Shown here piece after piece: positions 49,738 to 59,782 of a DNA stretch of 64,000 bases. A model generated the notes under the pieces. It was given only the letters and a program-made list of their open reading frames with translations. It was not told the DNA's origin and did no database searches. Source of the DNA: an uncultured Bacilli bacterium (GTDB lineage Bacteria; Bacillota_I; Bacilli_A; RF39; UBA660); contig CANQAK010000002.1 of NCBI GenBank assembly GCA_947589495.1, positions 5,121-69,120 on the forward strand, given 5' to 3'. Numbering within the stretch: the stretch's first letter is position 1; the number at the start of each line of letters is the position of its first letter. Position numbers and translations under genes: made by a program.

Positions 49738-49753
49738 ATATTTCCCGGGAAAT
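49738..49753. promoter_or_regulatory. NBS palindrome, copy 3
   Basis: Perfect TATTTCCCGGGAAATA. Confidence 0.7.
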
Positions 49754-49930
49754 ATTTTTTGTATTAACAACAATAATAAAATAAAAGATAAATAAAATGA
49801 TCTAATAAATTTAAATAACTATTAAGCTTATTAAATACTTTATAAATGATAATGTTAATTCTTTTAATAATTAAAAATAAATAAAAACTATAATAAATTT
49901 TTTGAATCAGAAATATATTATGTCAACCAA

Positions 49931-49946
49931 TTATTTCCCGGGAAAT
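49931..49946. promoter_or_regulatory. NBS palindrome, copy 4
   Basis: Perfect TATTTCCCGGGAAATA. Confidence 0.7.
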
Positions 49947-50123
49947 ATTTTTTGTATTAACAACAATAATAAAATAAAAGATAAATAAAATAATCTAATA
50001 AATTTGAATAATTATTCAGTGTGTTAAATACTTTATAAATAATAATTTTAATTCTTTTAATAATTAAAAATTAATAAAAACTATAATAATTTTTTTAAAT
50101 CAGAAATATATTATGTCAACCAA

Positions 50124-50139
50124 TTATTTCCCGGGAAAT
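50124..50139. promoter_or_regulatory. NBS palindrome, copy 5
   Basis: Perfect TATTTCCCGGGAAATA. Confidence 0.7.
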
Positions 50140-50164
50140 AATTTTTACAAAAAGAAAAAGAATA

Positions 50165-52621
50165 TTACTCTTGAATATTCTTTTCAATTTCAGATTCTTC
50201 TTCTTCAGTTTTATCAACAATACTTATTGTAGCTATTTTTTGATTATTTCTTAAAGATATTAATCTCAAACCTTGTGTAACTCTTCCTAATAAAGATATT
50301 TGTTCAATTGGTAATTTAATAGTAATACCAGCATTAGTCATAATAATTACATCTTTATCTTCTTCAGCAACTTTAGCAGAAACTAAATTACCGTTCTTTT
50401 CAGTAATATTTAAAGATTTAACACCTTTACTTCCACGTTTTGTTTGTCTAAAATCACAAACTTTTGTGCGTTTTCCGTAACCATTTTCAGTTACTAATAA
50501 TATAATAGATTCTTCATTAACAACTTCAGCACATATACAACTACCATTTTCCAAATTTATACCTTTGACTCCAGTAGCGGTTCTTCCCATAGAACGTATC
50601 TCATTTTCTAAGAATTTAACCATTCTACCTTTATCACTACCTAAAAGTATAATATTTTCTCCATTAGTTTTTTTAACATCTAATAATTCATCATTATCTT
50701 TTAAGTTAATACATAATTTTCCAGAAGTTCTTATATTGTCAAATTCACTTAGTAAAGTCTTTTTAACAATTCCTTTTTTTGTTGCAAATAATAAATATTT
50801 TGCTTGTTCTTCTTTATCAATTTTAATGATTGAATTTATTTTTTCATCTTTTTCAATTTGTAACAAATTAACTACTGGTATTCCTTTAGATTGTCTACTA
50901 AACTCAGGAATTTCATAACCTTTTAATCTATAAACTTTACCTTTATTAGTAAAGAACATTATATAATCATGTGTCGATAAATTAATCAAATGCTCAACAA
51001 AATCTTCATCATTAGTTGTTAGACCTTTGACTCCAACTCCACCTCGATTTTGAACTTTAAAAGTATCGTTTGTAGTTCTTTTAATATAACCTTTATTAGT
51101 TAGTACTACCATGATATCTTCTTCAGGTATTAAAGATTCATCTTCGATATATTCAATCGCAGTCATATCAATTTTAGTACGACGTTCATCTGCATATTTA
51201 TCTTTAATTTCTAACAATTCATTTTTAATAATTTCTAATATTTTTTCTCTTGAAGCTAAAATAGCTTTATATTCTTCAATTTTATTTAATAACTCTTTAA
51301 GTTCTTCCTCGATCTTATTTCTTTCAAGACCTGTTAAACGACGAAGTTTTAATTCTAAGATAGCATCTGCTTGAATTTCTGTTAAATTATATTTAGCTAT
51401 TAAAGTTTCTTTTGCAATTACATCTGTTTCTGATTCTCTTATTATTTTAATAAAATCATCTATATTATCTAGTGCAATTTTATATCCTTCTAAAATATGT
51501 ACACGTTTTTCTGCTTTATCTAATTCAAAGCGAGTTCTTCTTATAATAACTTCTTCTTGATAATTTATATATTTAGAAATTATTGATTTTAATCCTAAAG
51601 TTTTAGGAACTTTATTATCAATCATTAATAAAATAATTCCATAACTTGTTTGAAATTGAGTATGTTTATATAAATTATTTAAAACAACTTGGGGATTAGC
51701 ATCTTTTTTCAAAGTAATAGTTATTTTAACTCCATTTTTTAAATCAGTATGATAATCAGCAATTCCATCAATTGTTTTATTATGAACTAATTCTGCAACT
51801 TTATTTTTTAATTCTGATACATTTACTCCGTAAGGTACTTCATCAATAATAATGTAATGTTTACCATCTTTTTCTTCAATAGTAGCTTTACTTCTTATAG
51901 TAATAGTACCTCTTCCTGTTTCATAAGCTTTTTTTATTCCACTATTACCTAAAATAATCCCACCAGTTGGAAAATCAGGACCCTTTATATATTTCATTAA
52001 CCCATCAGTATCAATATCTGGATTATCAATGTATGCAACACACCCATCAATTACCTCTCCTAAATTATGAGGAGGAATATTTGTAGCCATACCAACTGCT
52101 ATTCCCATTGTTCCATTGACTAAAATATTTGGAAATCTTGATGGTAAAATCTCTGGTTCTTTTTCTGATTCATCAAAGTTAGATACAAAATTTACCGTAT
52201 CTTTATTAATATCTCTTAATAACTCTAATGAAATTTTTGATAAACGAGATTCAGTATAACGCATAGCTGCTGCGCCAGCACCGGCAATATTTCCAAAGTT
52301 ACCATGTCCATCTACCAAAGGGTTACGATAACTAAAGTCTTGAGCCATACGTACCATTGCTTCATAAATACTTGAATCACCATGTGGATGATATTTACCC
52401 ATTACATCTCCAACAATACGTGCAGATTTTTTATGAGGTTTATCTGGTGTATAACCTGATTCATACATAGACCATAAAATTCTTCTATGAACAGGCTTTA
52501 ACCCATCTCTTAAATCAGGTAATGCTCTTGAAATTATTACACTCATTGAATATTCAATAAATGATGATTTAATTTCATTAACTATATTATTTTCTTCTAA
52601 TCTATCTCTACTATGATCCAT
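50165..52621 (-). CDS. gyrA: DNA gyrase subunit A
   Basis: 818 aa with [17 protein letters not shown] and AAAMRYTE (active-site Tyr). Confidence 0.97.
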   Translation of the reverse strand: MDHSRDRLEENNIVNEIKSSFIEYSMSVIISRALPDLRDGLKPVHRRILWSMYESGYTPDKPHKKSARIVGDVMGKYHPHGDSSIYEAMVRMAQDFSYRNPLVDGHGNFGNIAGAGAAAMRYTESRLSKISLELLRDINKDTVNFVSNFDESEKEPEILPSRFPNILVNGTMGIAVGMATNIPPHNLGEVIDGCVAYIDNPDIDTDGLMKYIKGPDFPTGGIILGNSGIKKAYETGRGTITIRSKATIEEKDGKHYIIIDEVPYGVNVSELKNKVAELVHNKTIDGIADYHTDLKNGVKITITLKKDANPQVVLNNLYKHTQFQTSYGIILLMIDNKVPKTLGLKSIISKYINYQEEVIIRRTRFELDKAEKRVHILEGYKIALDNIDDFIKIIRESETDVIAKETLIAKYNLTEIQADAILELKLRRLTGLERNKIEEELKELLNKIEEYKAILASREKILEIIKNELLEIKDKYADERRTKIDMTAIEYIEDESLIPEEDIMVVLTNKGYIKRTTNDTFKVQNRGGVGVKGLTTNDEDFVEHLINLSTHDYIMFFTNKGKVYRLKGYEIPEFSRQSKGIPVVNLLQIEKDEKINSIIKIDKEEQAKYLLFATKKGIVKKTLLSEFDNIRTSGKLCINLKDNDELLDVKKTNGENIILLGSDKGRMVKFLENEIRSMGRTATGVKGINLENGSCICAEVVNEESIILLVTENGYGKRTKVCDFRQTKRGSKGVKSLNITEKNGNLVSAKVAEEDKDVIIMTNAGITIKLPIEQISLLGRVTQGLRLISLRNNQKIATISIVDKTEEEESEIEKNIQE

Positions 52622-52631
52622 AAAAAACCTC

Positions 52632-54554
52632 CTAATAATCTAAATTTTCAGCAAATGTTGCATTTTCTTCTATAAATTTTCTTCTTGGTTCAACTTCTTC
52701 ACCCATTAATAATGAAAATGCTTCATCAGCTGCAATAGCATCATCTACAGTAATTTTTCGTAAAATTCTTGTATTTATATCCATTGTTGTTTCATTTAAC
52801 TCTTCAGCATCCATTTCTCCTAAACCCTTCATTCTAAAGATATCATATTTAGTATTAGGATTTAAAGCTGCTAAATAAGCATCTCTTTCTTCTTCATTTA
52901 AAACATATTTAATAGTTTTACCATGTTTAATACAGAAAAGTGGAGGTTGAGCAGCATAAACATGACCAGCTTCAACAATTGGTTTGAAAAAACGATAAAA
53001 TAAAGTTAATAATAAAACTCTGATATGAGAACCATCAACATCGGCATCTGTCATTATAATTATTTTATGGTATCTTAACTTACTTAAATCAAAATTTTCA
53101 CCAATACCTGTACCGAAGGCTGTAATAATTGTTCTTATTTCTTCATTAGATAACGCTCTATCTATTCTGGCTTTTTCAACATTCAAAATTTTTCCTCTTA
53201 ATGGCAAAATTGCTTGAGTTATTGAGTTACGACCTTTAATTGCAGAACCACCAGCTGAATCTCCTTCGACTATAAATAATTCACAAACAGTTGGATCTTT
53301 TTCTTTGCAATCTTCTAATTTTCCTCCAAAATTAACTACATCTAAATCACTTTTTCTTCTCGTACTTTCTCTAGCTTTTCTAGCGGCAATTCTTCCTACT
53401 GAAGCTGTTATAGCTTTATCTATAATAATTTTCGCTTCTTTTGGATTTTCCATTAAAAATCTTTCAAAACCTTTAGAAAATACACTATCAGCTAATTTTC
53501 TAACTTCAGAATTTCCTAATCTTCCTTTTGTTTGCCCTTCAAATTGAGGATTTGGATGTTTACAAGAAATAATCATTGTAAGACCTTCTTTAACATCATC
53601 TCCTGTTAAAGATTCATCTTTTTCTTTTAACATATTACTTTTTCTGGCATAATTATTGATAACTCTTGTTAAAGCTCTTCGTACACCTTCTTCATGTGTT
53701 CCACCATCATGCGTATTAATATTATTTACAAATGAATAAATACTATCAGAATATCCAGAATTATATTGCATAGCAACTTCAAACATAATATCATCTTCTT
53801 CGCCTTCAAGATGAATTATTTCTTCATGAATTGGTGTTTTAGAAGCATTTAAAAACTTAACATATTCAGAAATTCCACCTTCATACATAAATGTTTCTCC
53901 GGTAGTATCCTCATCATCACGATCATCTCTTATAGTTATTGATAACCCTTTATTTAAAAATGCTAATTCTCTAATTCTCACTTTCAAAGTTTCATAATCA
54001 TATATATCTGTATCAAATATTTCTGGGTCTGGTTTAAAAGATACAGTTGTACCAGTTCTATTCGGTTCACATTCTCCAATAGTGGTTAATTTTTGAACAG
54101 TCTTACCACCATCAGCAAACTTTGCTTCATATATTTTTCCATCTTTATAAACAGTAACAGTTACCCATTTTGATAAAGCATTAACTACAGATGCTCCAAC
54201 ACCATGAAGTCCACCACTTACTTTATATCCACCTTCACCAAATTTACCACCAGCATGTAAAACTGTATAAACAGTTTCAACTGTTGAAATTCCTGTCTTA
54301 GGATGTATTCCAATTGGAATACCACGACCATTATCTTTAACTGTTATAGAATTTCCTTTATTAATAACTACTTCTATATGATTACAAAATCCTGCTAAAG
54401 CTTCATCAATTGAGTTATCTATAATTTCCCAAACTAAATGATGTAGACCTTTAACATCAGTAGTACCAATATACATTCCTGGTCTTTTTCTAACTGCTTC
54501 AAGTCCTTCTAATACTTGAATATCATTCTCATTATAATGTAATTTTTCTTCCAT
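52632..54554 (-). CDS. gyrB: DNA gyrase subunit B
   Basis: [16 protein letters not shown], and Toprim motifs EGDSAGG and [10 protein letters not shown] place the start at ATG 54554. Confidence 0.97.
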   Translation of the reverse strand: MEEKLHYNENDIQVLEGLEAVRKRPGMYIGTTDVKGLHHLVWEIIDNSIDEALAGFCNHIEVVINKGNSITVKDNGRGIPIGIHPKTGISTVETVYTVLHAGGKFGEGGYKVSGGLHGVGASVVNALSKWVTVTVYKDGKIYEAKFADGGKTVQKLTTIGECEPNRTGTTVSFKPDPEIFDTDIYDYETLKVRIRELAFLNKGLSITIRDDRDDEDTTGETFMYEGGISEYVKFLNASKTPIHEEIIHLEGEEDDIMFEVAMQYNSGYSDSIYSFVNNINTHDGGTHEEGVRRALTRVINNYARKSNMLKEKDESLTGDDVKEGLTMIISCKHPNPQFEGQTKGRLGNSEVRKLADSVFSKGFERFLMENPKEAKIIIDKAITASVGRIAARKARESTRRKSDLDVVNFGGKLEDCKEKDPTVCELFIVEGDSAGGSAIKGRNSITQAILPLRGKILNVEKARIDRALSNEEIRTIITAFGTGIGENFDLSKLRYHKIIIMTDADVDGSHIRVLLLTLFYRFFKPIVEAGHVYAAQPPLFCIKHGKTIKYVLNEEERDAYLAALNPNTKYDIFRMKGLGEMDAEELNETTMDINTRILRKITVDDAIAADEAFSLLMGEEVEPRRKFIEENATFAENLDY

Positions 54555-54555
54555 A

Positions 54556-55644
54556 CTATCCCTCCTTAATACCATCAGTAGAAACATTTAAAACTAAAGC
54601 ATTTTCTAATAATTTCTCATCAATTCTATTAATATCAGTAGTTGTTATAAATGTTTGAATATCTTTATTCAATATTTCTACAATGTTTTTTATTTTATAA
54701 TTATCAAGTGCACTAAATAAATCATCTAAAATAAAGATAGGTTGAGTACCTTTTTCTTTATAAATTATTTCTATTTCTGATAACTTGAAAGCAAGTATGG
54801 CATTTTTTTGTTGTCCATTACTTCCCCATTCTGCTATATTTTTATTATCTAACATAAATAATATATCATCATGATGAATGCCTAACAAAGTTTTACCCAT
54901 AACTATTTCTCTATTATAATTCTTTTTATAAACATTTAATAAATCATCTTTACTTTTATTTTTATAATCTGAATTATATTTTATAAATAATTCCCCATCT
55001 TCAAAAATATCATGATATTTTTTAGTAATAAATTCATTAATATTATTAATAAATTCCTCTCTTAATTCATAAATTTTTAAACCATAAGTTACTAATTTTT
55101 CAGTTAAAATATTTAAATATTCTTGACTAGCATTACCATTAATATATAATTCTCTTAAATAGAAATTTCTTTGTTTAAGAAGCTTATTATAGTTATTTAA
55201 AAGTATTATATAATCTTTTTTTAATTGACTTATTTCAATATTTAATAATCTTCTTCTACTTTGAGGAGATGATTTTAAAATCATCTGTTCTTCTGGTTCT
55301 AATAAAACTATATTAATGTTTGTAATGTACTCACTAATTTTAGAAATAATATTTTGATTAATTTTAACTTTTTTTCCCTCTTTACTTATAATAACTTGAT
55401 AATTATTAACGGTATCTGTTTCAACTTCTCCTTCTATTTTAGTACTTACTTCACCCATTTTGATTAAATTTTTATCAACATTTGTTCTAAACGATTTAGT
55501 TAAAGATAAAGCATATATTGCTTCAACTAAATTAGTTTTTCCAACACCATTATTTCCATAAATAATATTTAAATTGCTTTTAAAATTTAAATTAACTTTT
55601 TCATAGTTCCTAAAATTCACCAATTTTAATGTGTTGATTTTCAT
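54556..55644 (-). CDS. recF: DNA replication and repair protein RecF
   Basis: FRNYEK..., [15 protein letters not shown], and the signature [10 protein letters not shown]. Confidence 0.94.
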   Translation of the reverse strand: MKINTLKLVNFRNYEKVNLNFKSNLNIIYGNNGVGKTNLVEAIYALSLTKSFRTNVDKNLIKMGEVSTKIEGEVETDTVNNYQVIISKEGKKVKINQNIISKISEYITNINIVLLEPEEQMILKSSPQSRRRLLNIEISQLKKDYIILLNNYNKLLKQRNFYLRELYINGNASQEYLNILTEKLVTYGLKIYELREEFINNINEFITKKYHDIFEDGELFIKYNSDYKNKSKDDLLNVYKKNYNREIVMGKTLLGIHHDDILFMLDNKNIAEWGSNGQQKNAILAFKLSEIEIIYKEKGTQPIFILDDLFSALDNYKIKNIVEILNKDIQTFITTTDINRIDEKLLENALVLNVSTDGIKEG

Positions 55645-55734
55645 ATTTTGCCTTTCATTTAATCACTATTTAATAAAATGGTATTGTTAGTACACCTATA
55701 CCTAAATACAATTATATCACAAAATAAACGTATT

Positions 55735-56187
55735 TTAAACATTATTTATTTTTTTACGCCAATTTAAAATATTATTTAATTTAATCGCATTAATTAACAT
55801 TTTTTCAAAAATATATTTAGAAATATTAGTTTTAAAAATAATTCCATTCACACATTTTATTACTACTTTATCATTTTCTATATAATAATCTTTTATTTTA
55901 TCTAAAACTATAAATAAACATTCATTATCTCTTAAAGCATTAATTTGGATAAGAATTATATTATTAAATTCGGAAATAATAAGTGGTACTTTATAATTTA
56001 TTTGTAAATATTTTTGAGAATATTTTTTTCTTCCTACTAAACTACTTCCATAAAAATTACAATTTTCATCTAAAACCTTTTTAATATTTTTGTTAATAAC
56101 TTTTATGTTTTCAACATCATAAATAATAGTTTGTAAATTATGTTTTAAAACCGCTATAGTATTTTTATCAATTATATAATTTTGCAT
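55735..56187 (-). CDS. ComK-family competence transcription factor-like protein
   Basis: 150 aa. NTIAVL... and CNFYGSSLVGRKK...INYKVPLII...NIILI match the pattern of the B. subtilis ComK core (CRFFGSSYAGRK...ISHKPPIMV...NQIFLFPT), recalled from memory. Confidence 0.65.
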   Translation of the reverse strand: MQNYIIDKNTIAVLKHNLQTIIYDVENIKVINKNIKKVLDENCNFYGSSLVGRKKYSQKYLQINYKVPLIISEFNNIILIQINALRDNECLFIVLDKIKDYYIENDKVVIKCVNGIIFKTNISKYIFEKMLINAIKLNNILNWRKKINNV

Positions 56188-56238
56188 ATTACCTCCAAAA
56201 ATTTAAAATTTACTATAGCATAAACATTTTGAAAAATT

Positions 56239-56245
56239 TGTCGAA
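56239..56245 (+). promoter_or_regulatory. Perfect Spo0A (0A) box TGTCGAA in the ComK-like gene upstream region
   Basis: TGTCGAA lies 2 nt from NBS copy 6. Confidence 0.4.
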
Positions 56246-56246
56246 T

Positions 56247-56262
56247 TATTTCCCGGGAAATA
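56247..56262. promoter_or_regulatory. NBS palindrome, copy 6
   Basis: Perfect TATTTCCCGGGAAATA between the dnaN terminator and the ComK-like gene. Confidence 0.7.
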
Positions 56263-56271
56263 ATTTTTCAT

Positions 56272-56297
56272 AAAAAAAATCTCTTTATTAGAGATCT
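56272..56297 (-). terminator. Terminator after dnaN
   Basis: Minus strand reads AGATCTCT-AATAA-AGAGAT followed by TTTTTTTT. Confidence 0.65.
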
Positions 56298-57416
56298 TTA
56301 ATATGTTTTTACTGGTAATATTAATTCAATCAATGATTCATCTTTAACTGATTTAATTAATATTGGCTTATCATCACTATTTATAAGTAATAATATATTA
56401 TCATCTTTAATAACTTTTAATGCCTCTAGCATATATCTTGAAGAAAAAGCTATTTCTAATTTTTCTTTATTACTACAATCAATTTTGATTTTTTCTTCTG
56501 TTTTACCTATTTCACTAGCACTTGATGAAATAGTCATAATTTTATCATCGATTAAAACTCTTACAATATTTTTATCTTTACTTTGTGCAAGTAATGAAGC
56601 TCTATCAACTGCATCATTAAAAGATTTTAAATCAAGATTTATAATATATGCAAATTCTGAAGGAATAAAATGATTTGTATCTGGATATGTTCCACTTAAT
56701 AAATTGGTTTGAAATTGAATATTCTTATATTGGAACAAAATTTTATTAGTGAATATATGCATTATAACTTCATCATCAGTTATTAACATTTTTTCTAATT
56801 CATTTATACTTTTCCCTGGTATAACAATATTAATTGCATTATTTACCATTGTTTCTAATTTAACATTTTTCTTAGCTAACCTGTAAGAATCTGTAGCAAT
56901 ACACTCTAACATATCTCCAGTTATTTTAAAATTAACTCCAGTTAAAAGTGGTCTTACTTCTTGATTTGATACAGCATAAACTGTTTCATTAATAATTTCT
57001 TTTAATATTGTTCCTTTTATTGTAATTGGTTCTTTTGATTCTTCCAAAGAAATATGTGGATAATCTTCTGTATCATAACAATTTAAATTATATTCATTAT
57101 TATCAGTATAAATTTTAATTTTATTACTATCTATTGCTTCAAAATAAATAACATCAGAAGGCATTTTTCTAATTATTTCTAAAATATATTTACTTTGAAT
57201 AATCATACTTCCTGTATTTTCAATATTTTTAATATCTTTTTCAGGAATAGTAATTTTAATTGTTAATTCAGAGTCACTTGCAAGCAGACTTAATCCTTGT
57301 TCATTTAAATCAAATTTAATACCATTTAATATTGGTATAGTTGTTCTAGTTCCAATTGCTCTTGTTACATTTGCTAGAGCTTCTAATAAAATATTTTTAT
57401 CAATAACAAATTTCAT
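56298..57416 (-). CDS. dnaN: DNA polymerase III beta sliding clamp
   Basis: 372 aa, MKFVIDKNILLEALANVTRAI..., positioned between dnaA and recF. Confidence 0.95.
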   Translation of the reverse strand: MKFVIDKNILLEALANVTRAIGTRTTIPILNGIKFDLNEQGLSLLASDSELTIKITIPEKDIKNIENTGSMIIQSKYILEIIRKMPSDVIYFEAIDSNKIKIYTDNNEYNLNCYDTEDYPHISLEESKEPITIKGTILKEIINETVYAVSNQEVRPLLTGVNFKITGDMLECIATDSYRLAKKNVKLETMVNNAINIVIPGKSINELEKMLITDDEVIMHIFTNKILFQYKNIQFQTNLLSGTYPDTNHFIPSEFAYIINLDLKSFNDAVDRASLLAQSKDKNIVRVLIDDKIMTISSSASEIGKTEEKIKIDCSNKEKLEIAFSSRYMLEALKVIKDDNILLLINSDDKPILIKSVKDESLIELILPVKTY

Positions 57417-57549
57417 AATATCTCCTTCTTTCTTTTTTATTATTAATTATTATTGTTTTTATTATACTGTTAATAATGTTGAAAACTTTGAATTTATAAG
57501 CTTAAACCAATAAATTTAATTGTTAAAAACTTAATATTTATTAACAACT
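57417..57549. other. dnaA-dnaN intergenic part of a bipartite oriC (degenerate DnaA boxes, AT-rich)
   Basis: TGTTAATAATGTTGAAAAC at about 57468-57486. The same 22-mer TGTTAATAATGTTGAAAACTTT recurs upstream of dnaA. Confidence 0.5.
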
Positions 57550-58920
57550 TTATAACTTAGATTTAATTTCTTTTAACATATCATCTAAAGTTGTATTATT
57601 TTTTAATTCATTTTTAATTTTTTCACAACTTGCTATAACAGTTGAATGATCTCTACCTCCAAATTCTAAACCAATTTTTGCTAAATTCTCTTCAGTTTCA
57701 ATACGACATAAATACATAGCAATATGTCTTGGTCTTGCAATATTATTACTTCTTCTTTTACTTTTTAAGTCTTCTACAGTTATTTTGAAATAGTCTGCCA
57801 CTACTTTTTGAATATGAGAAACTGTATTTTCTTGATAAATATTTATATTAACATAATCTTTAATTGCTTCAATGGTAAAATCTAAAGTAATTTCATCTGG
57901 AGTCATCATCGCAGTATACGCAAGTAATCTATTAATTGTCCCTTCAATATGTCTTACATCATTTGGACAAGCATTAGCAATATACTCAATAACATCTTTA
58001 TTTATTTTATCTTTAATACTTGTATTTTTTAATTTTTGTTCAATAATTGCACATCTAAGTTCAAACTCTGGTGGATAAATATCTACTGGAAGTCCCCAAG
58101 TAAATCGACTTCTCAGTCTTTCTTCAATCTTTTTTAAATCATCAGGACTTCGATCGCTTGTAATAATAATTTGTTTATTTTGTTGATATAAAGCTTCAAA
58201 TGTATGGAAAAATTCTTGTTGAGTAAGCTCTGCTCCTACTAAAAATTGAATATCATCTACCATTAATACATCTACATTACGATATTTATTTTTAAATTTA
58301 TTTGCATATTCTAAAGTATCTTTACCTTTTTCTTGTTTAGAAATACCAGCATACTCATCTCTAAAATCATTACTAGTTGTATATAATACCTTTTTATTTG
58401 AATGCTCTTTTATATAATTTCCAATTGCATGAATTAAATGTGTTTTTCCAATACCACTTCTTCCATAAATAAAAAGTGGATTTTTTATAGTTCCTGGAGA
58501 TTGAGCAACATTCATCGCTGAAATAAATGCTAATCTATTAGATTCTCCAACAACATAATTATCAAAATTTAAATTTGGATTTAAATTAGTATTCCATTCA
58601 ACAGTTTGTTCTTTTAAATCTTCTTCTATATCTTCAATTGTTTCAGTTACTTTTTCTAATTCATCTTCTGTTACTAATTTAAAATCATAATTTATCCCCG
58701 TAAGAGAAAAGATTGTTTCATCTAATAAATCCATATAAGATGTTCTTATTATCTGTTTATGTACTGGAAGAGGTACTTTAATAACCATCTCTTGGTTGTC
58801 CATACTTACCAGTTCTAAATCATTAAACCAAACAGAATATGTACTAGAACTTACTGAATCAGCAATTTCTGCTAAAAATTGCTTAAAAAGTTCTTGTGTT
58901 TTCAATACCTCACCCCACAA
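57550..58920 (-). CDS. dnaA: Chromosomal replication initiator DnaA
   Basis: NPLFIYGRSGIGKTHL, VDDIQFL and the domain IV GGRDHSTV. The exact start is uncertain (TTG at 58920 versus a TTG 15 nt downstream). Confidence 0.95.
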   Translation of the reverse strand: MWGEVLKTQELFKQFLAEIADSVSSSTYSVWFNDLELVSMDNQEMVIKVPLPVHKQIIRTSYMDLLDETIFSLTGINYDFKLVTEDELEKVTETIEDIEEDLKEQTVEWNTNLNPNLNFDNYVVGESNRLAFISAMNVAQSPGTIKNPLFIYGRSGIGKTHLIHAIGNYIKEHSNKKVLYTTSNDFRDEYAGISKQEKGKDTLEYANKFKNKYRNVDVLMVDDIQFLVGAELTQQEFFHTFEALYQQNKQIIITSDRSPDDLKKIEERLRSRFTWGLPVDIYPPEFELRCAIIEQKLKNTSIKDKINKDVIEYIANACPNDVRHIEGTINRLLAYTAMMTPDEITLDFTIEAIKDYVNINIYQENTVSHIQKVVADYFKITVEDLKSKRRSNNIARPRHIAMYLCRIETEENLAKIGLEFGGRDHSTVIASCEKIKNELKNNTTLDDMLKEIKSKL

Positions 58921-59239
58921 TCACATATATCCCAAATTCATTTTACCATTAAATGTTTTTTTATTACAAGAAAAAATAAAAAAAATGTTAATAATAACAA
59001 AGTTTTCAACATAATTTTTTAAGTAATTTAATATAATAAAAATGAATACTAACATTTTTAACAAAAAAATTTTAACTTATACACATCTTAACAATTGAGT
59101 TAAGTTTATAAAAATGTTAATAATGTTGAAAACTTTTTAAATACTTATAATCTCTTAATTAAAATAAATTTTTTATTAACAATAAAAAGTTATATATCTA
59201 TTTTTTAATAATTAGTAATGCGTTAAACTACGTTATTTC
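58921..59239. other. rpmH-dnaA intergenic part of oriC (DnaA-box cluster)
   Basis: TTATACACA at 59077-59085 has one mismatch to TTATCCACA. TTTTCAACA lies at 59003-59011 and TGTTGAAAA at 59124-59132. The region is extremely AT-rich, and gene orientation switches here. Confidence 0.6.
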
Positions 59240-59269
59240 TTGACACAATTACCGATTTGATATTATAAT
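59240..59269 (+). promoter_or_regulatory. rpmH promoter
   Basis: TTGACA, an 18-nt spacer, then TATAAT. Confidence 0.65.
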
Positions 59270-59301
59270 AAGGACGCTATAAGAAAGAGGTGGATTCCAA
59301 A

Positions 59302-59424
59302 ATGAAAAGAACTTATCAACCAAATAATCGTAAAAAAGCTAAAAAACATGGTTTCTTTGCTCGTAAAGGTACAAAGATTATTAATAATCGTCGTAGAAAA
59401 GGTCGTAAGGAATTAACTAAATAG
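59302..59424 (+). CDS. rpmH: 50S ribosomal protein L34
   Basis: Below the ORF-track cutoff. Translates to [40 protein letters not shown] after the RBS AGAGGTGG. Confidence 0.92.
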   Translation: MKRTYQPNNRKKAKKHGFFARKGTKIINNRRRKGRKELTK

Positions 59425-59446
59425 TTTCTTACGGGTTTTTTTAATT

Positions 59447-59782
59447 ATGAAAAAAAGAGATGTTGTAAAATCTAATATTTTATTTAATGATATTATTCAA
59501 AAAGGAAATAGAATTGGTAATAAATATTTTGTTATATGTTTTTTAAAAAAAGAACAAGAAAAAAATAATTATGGAATTGCAGTTGGTAAAAAAATTGGTA
59601 ATGCTGTAAGAAGAAATAAAATAAAAAGACAAGTAAGAAATATAATCACAAAAAATTATAATCTATTTCCAAAATTTCACAATTATATTATAATATGTAA
59701 GAGAGAGATTAATAATTTAACTTATGCACAAATGAATAATATGTTAATAAAATTATTAAATAATAAAGGAGAAGAAATATGA
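59447..59782 (+). CDS. rnpA: Ribonuclease P protein component
   Basis: 111 aa, basic, with ...GIAVGKKIGNAVRRNKIKRQVR... It follows rpmH. Confidence 0.9.
   Translation: MKKRDVVKSNILFNDIIQKGNRIGNKYFVICFLKKEQEKNNYGIAVGKKIGNAVRRNKIKRQVRNIITKNYNLFPKFHNYIIICKREINNLTYAQMNNMLIKLLNNKGEEI

Larger units (their letters stand above)
48995..49753. repeat. Large inverted-repeat architecture (arms about 48995-49157 and 49631-49753) around a 479-bp AT-rich core
   Basis: Each arm, read outward to inward, is: NBS, (A/T)TTGGTT(G/T)ACATAATATTTTT, a CCAA-N12-TTGG palindrome, diverged spacer, then parS. Confidence 0.8.
49738..50139. repeat. Tandem direct repeat of 193-bp units (two full units plus the NBS of a third)
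   Basis: Units 49739-49931 and 49932-50124 align end to end at roughly 90% identity by eye. Each starts with an NBS and ends with TATATTATGTCAACCAATT. Confidence 0.85.

Noticed and set aside
49738-50139. Regularly spaced identical palindromes suggested a CRISPR array or the ends of a mobile element.
   Set aside because: The repeat period is 193 bp, and the sequence between palindromes is itself repeated, so there are no unique spacers. There are no cas genes, no transposase, and no target-site duplications.
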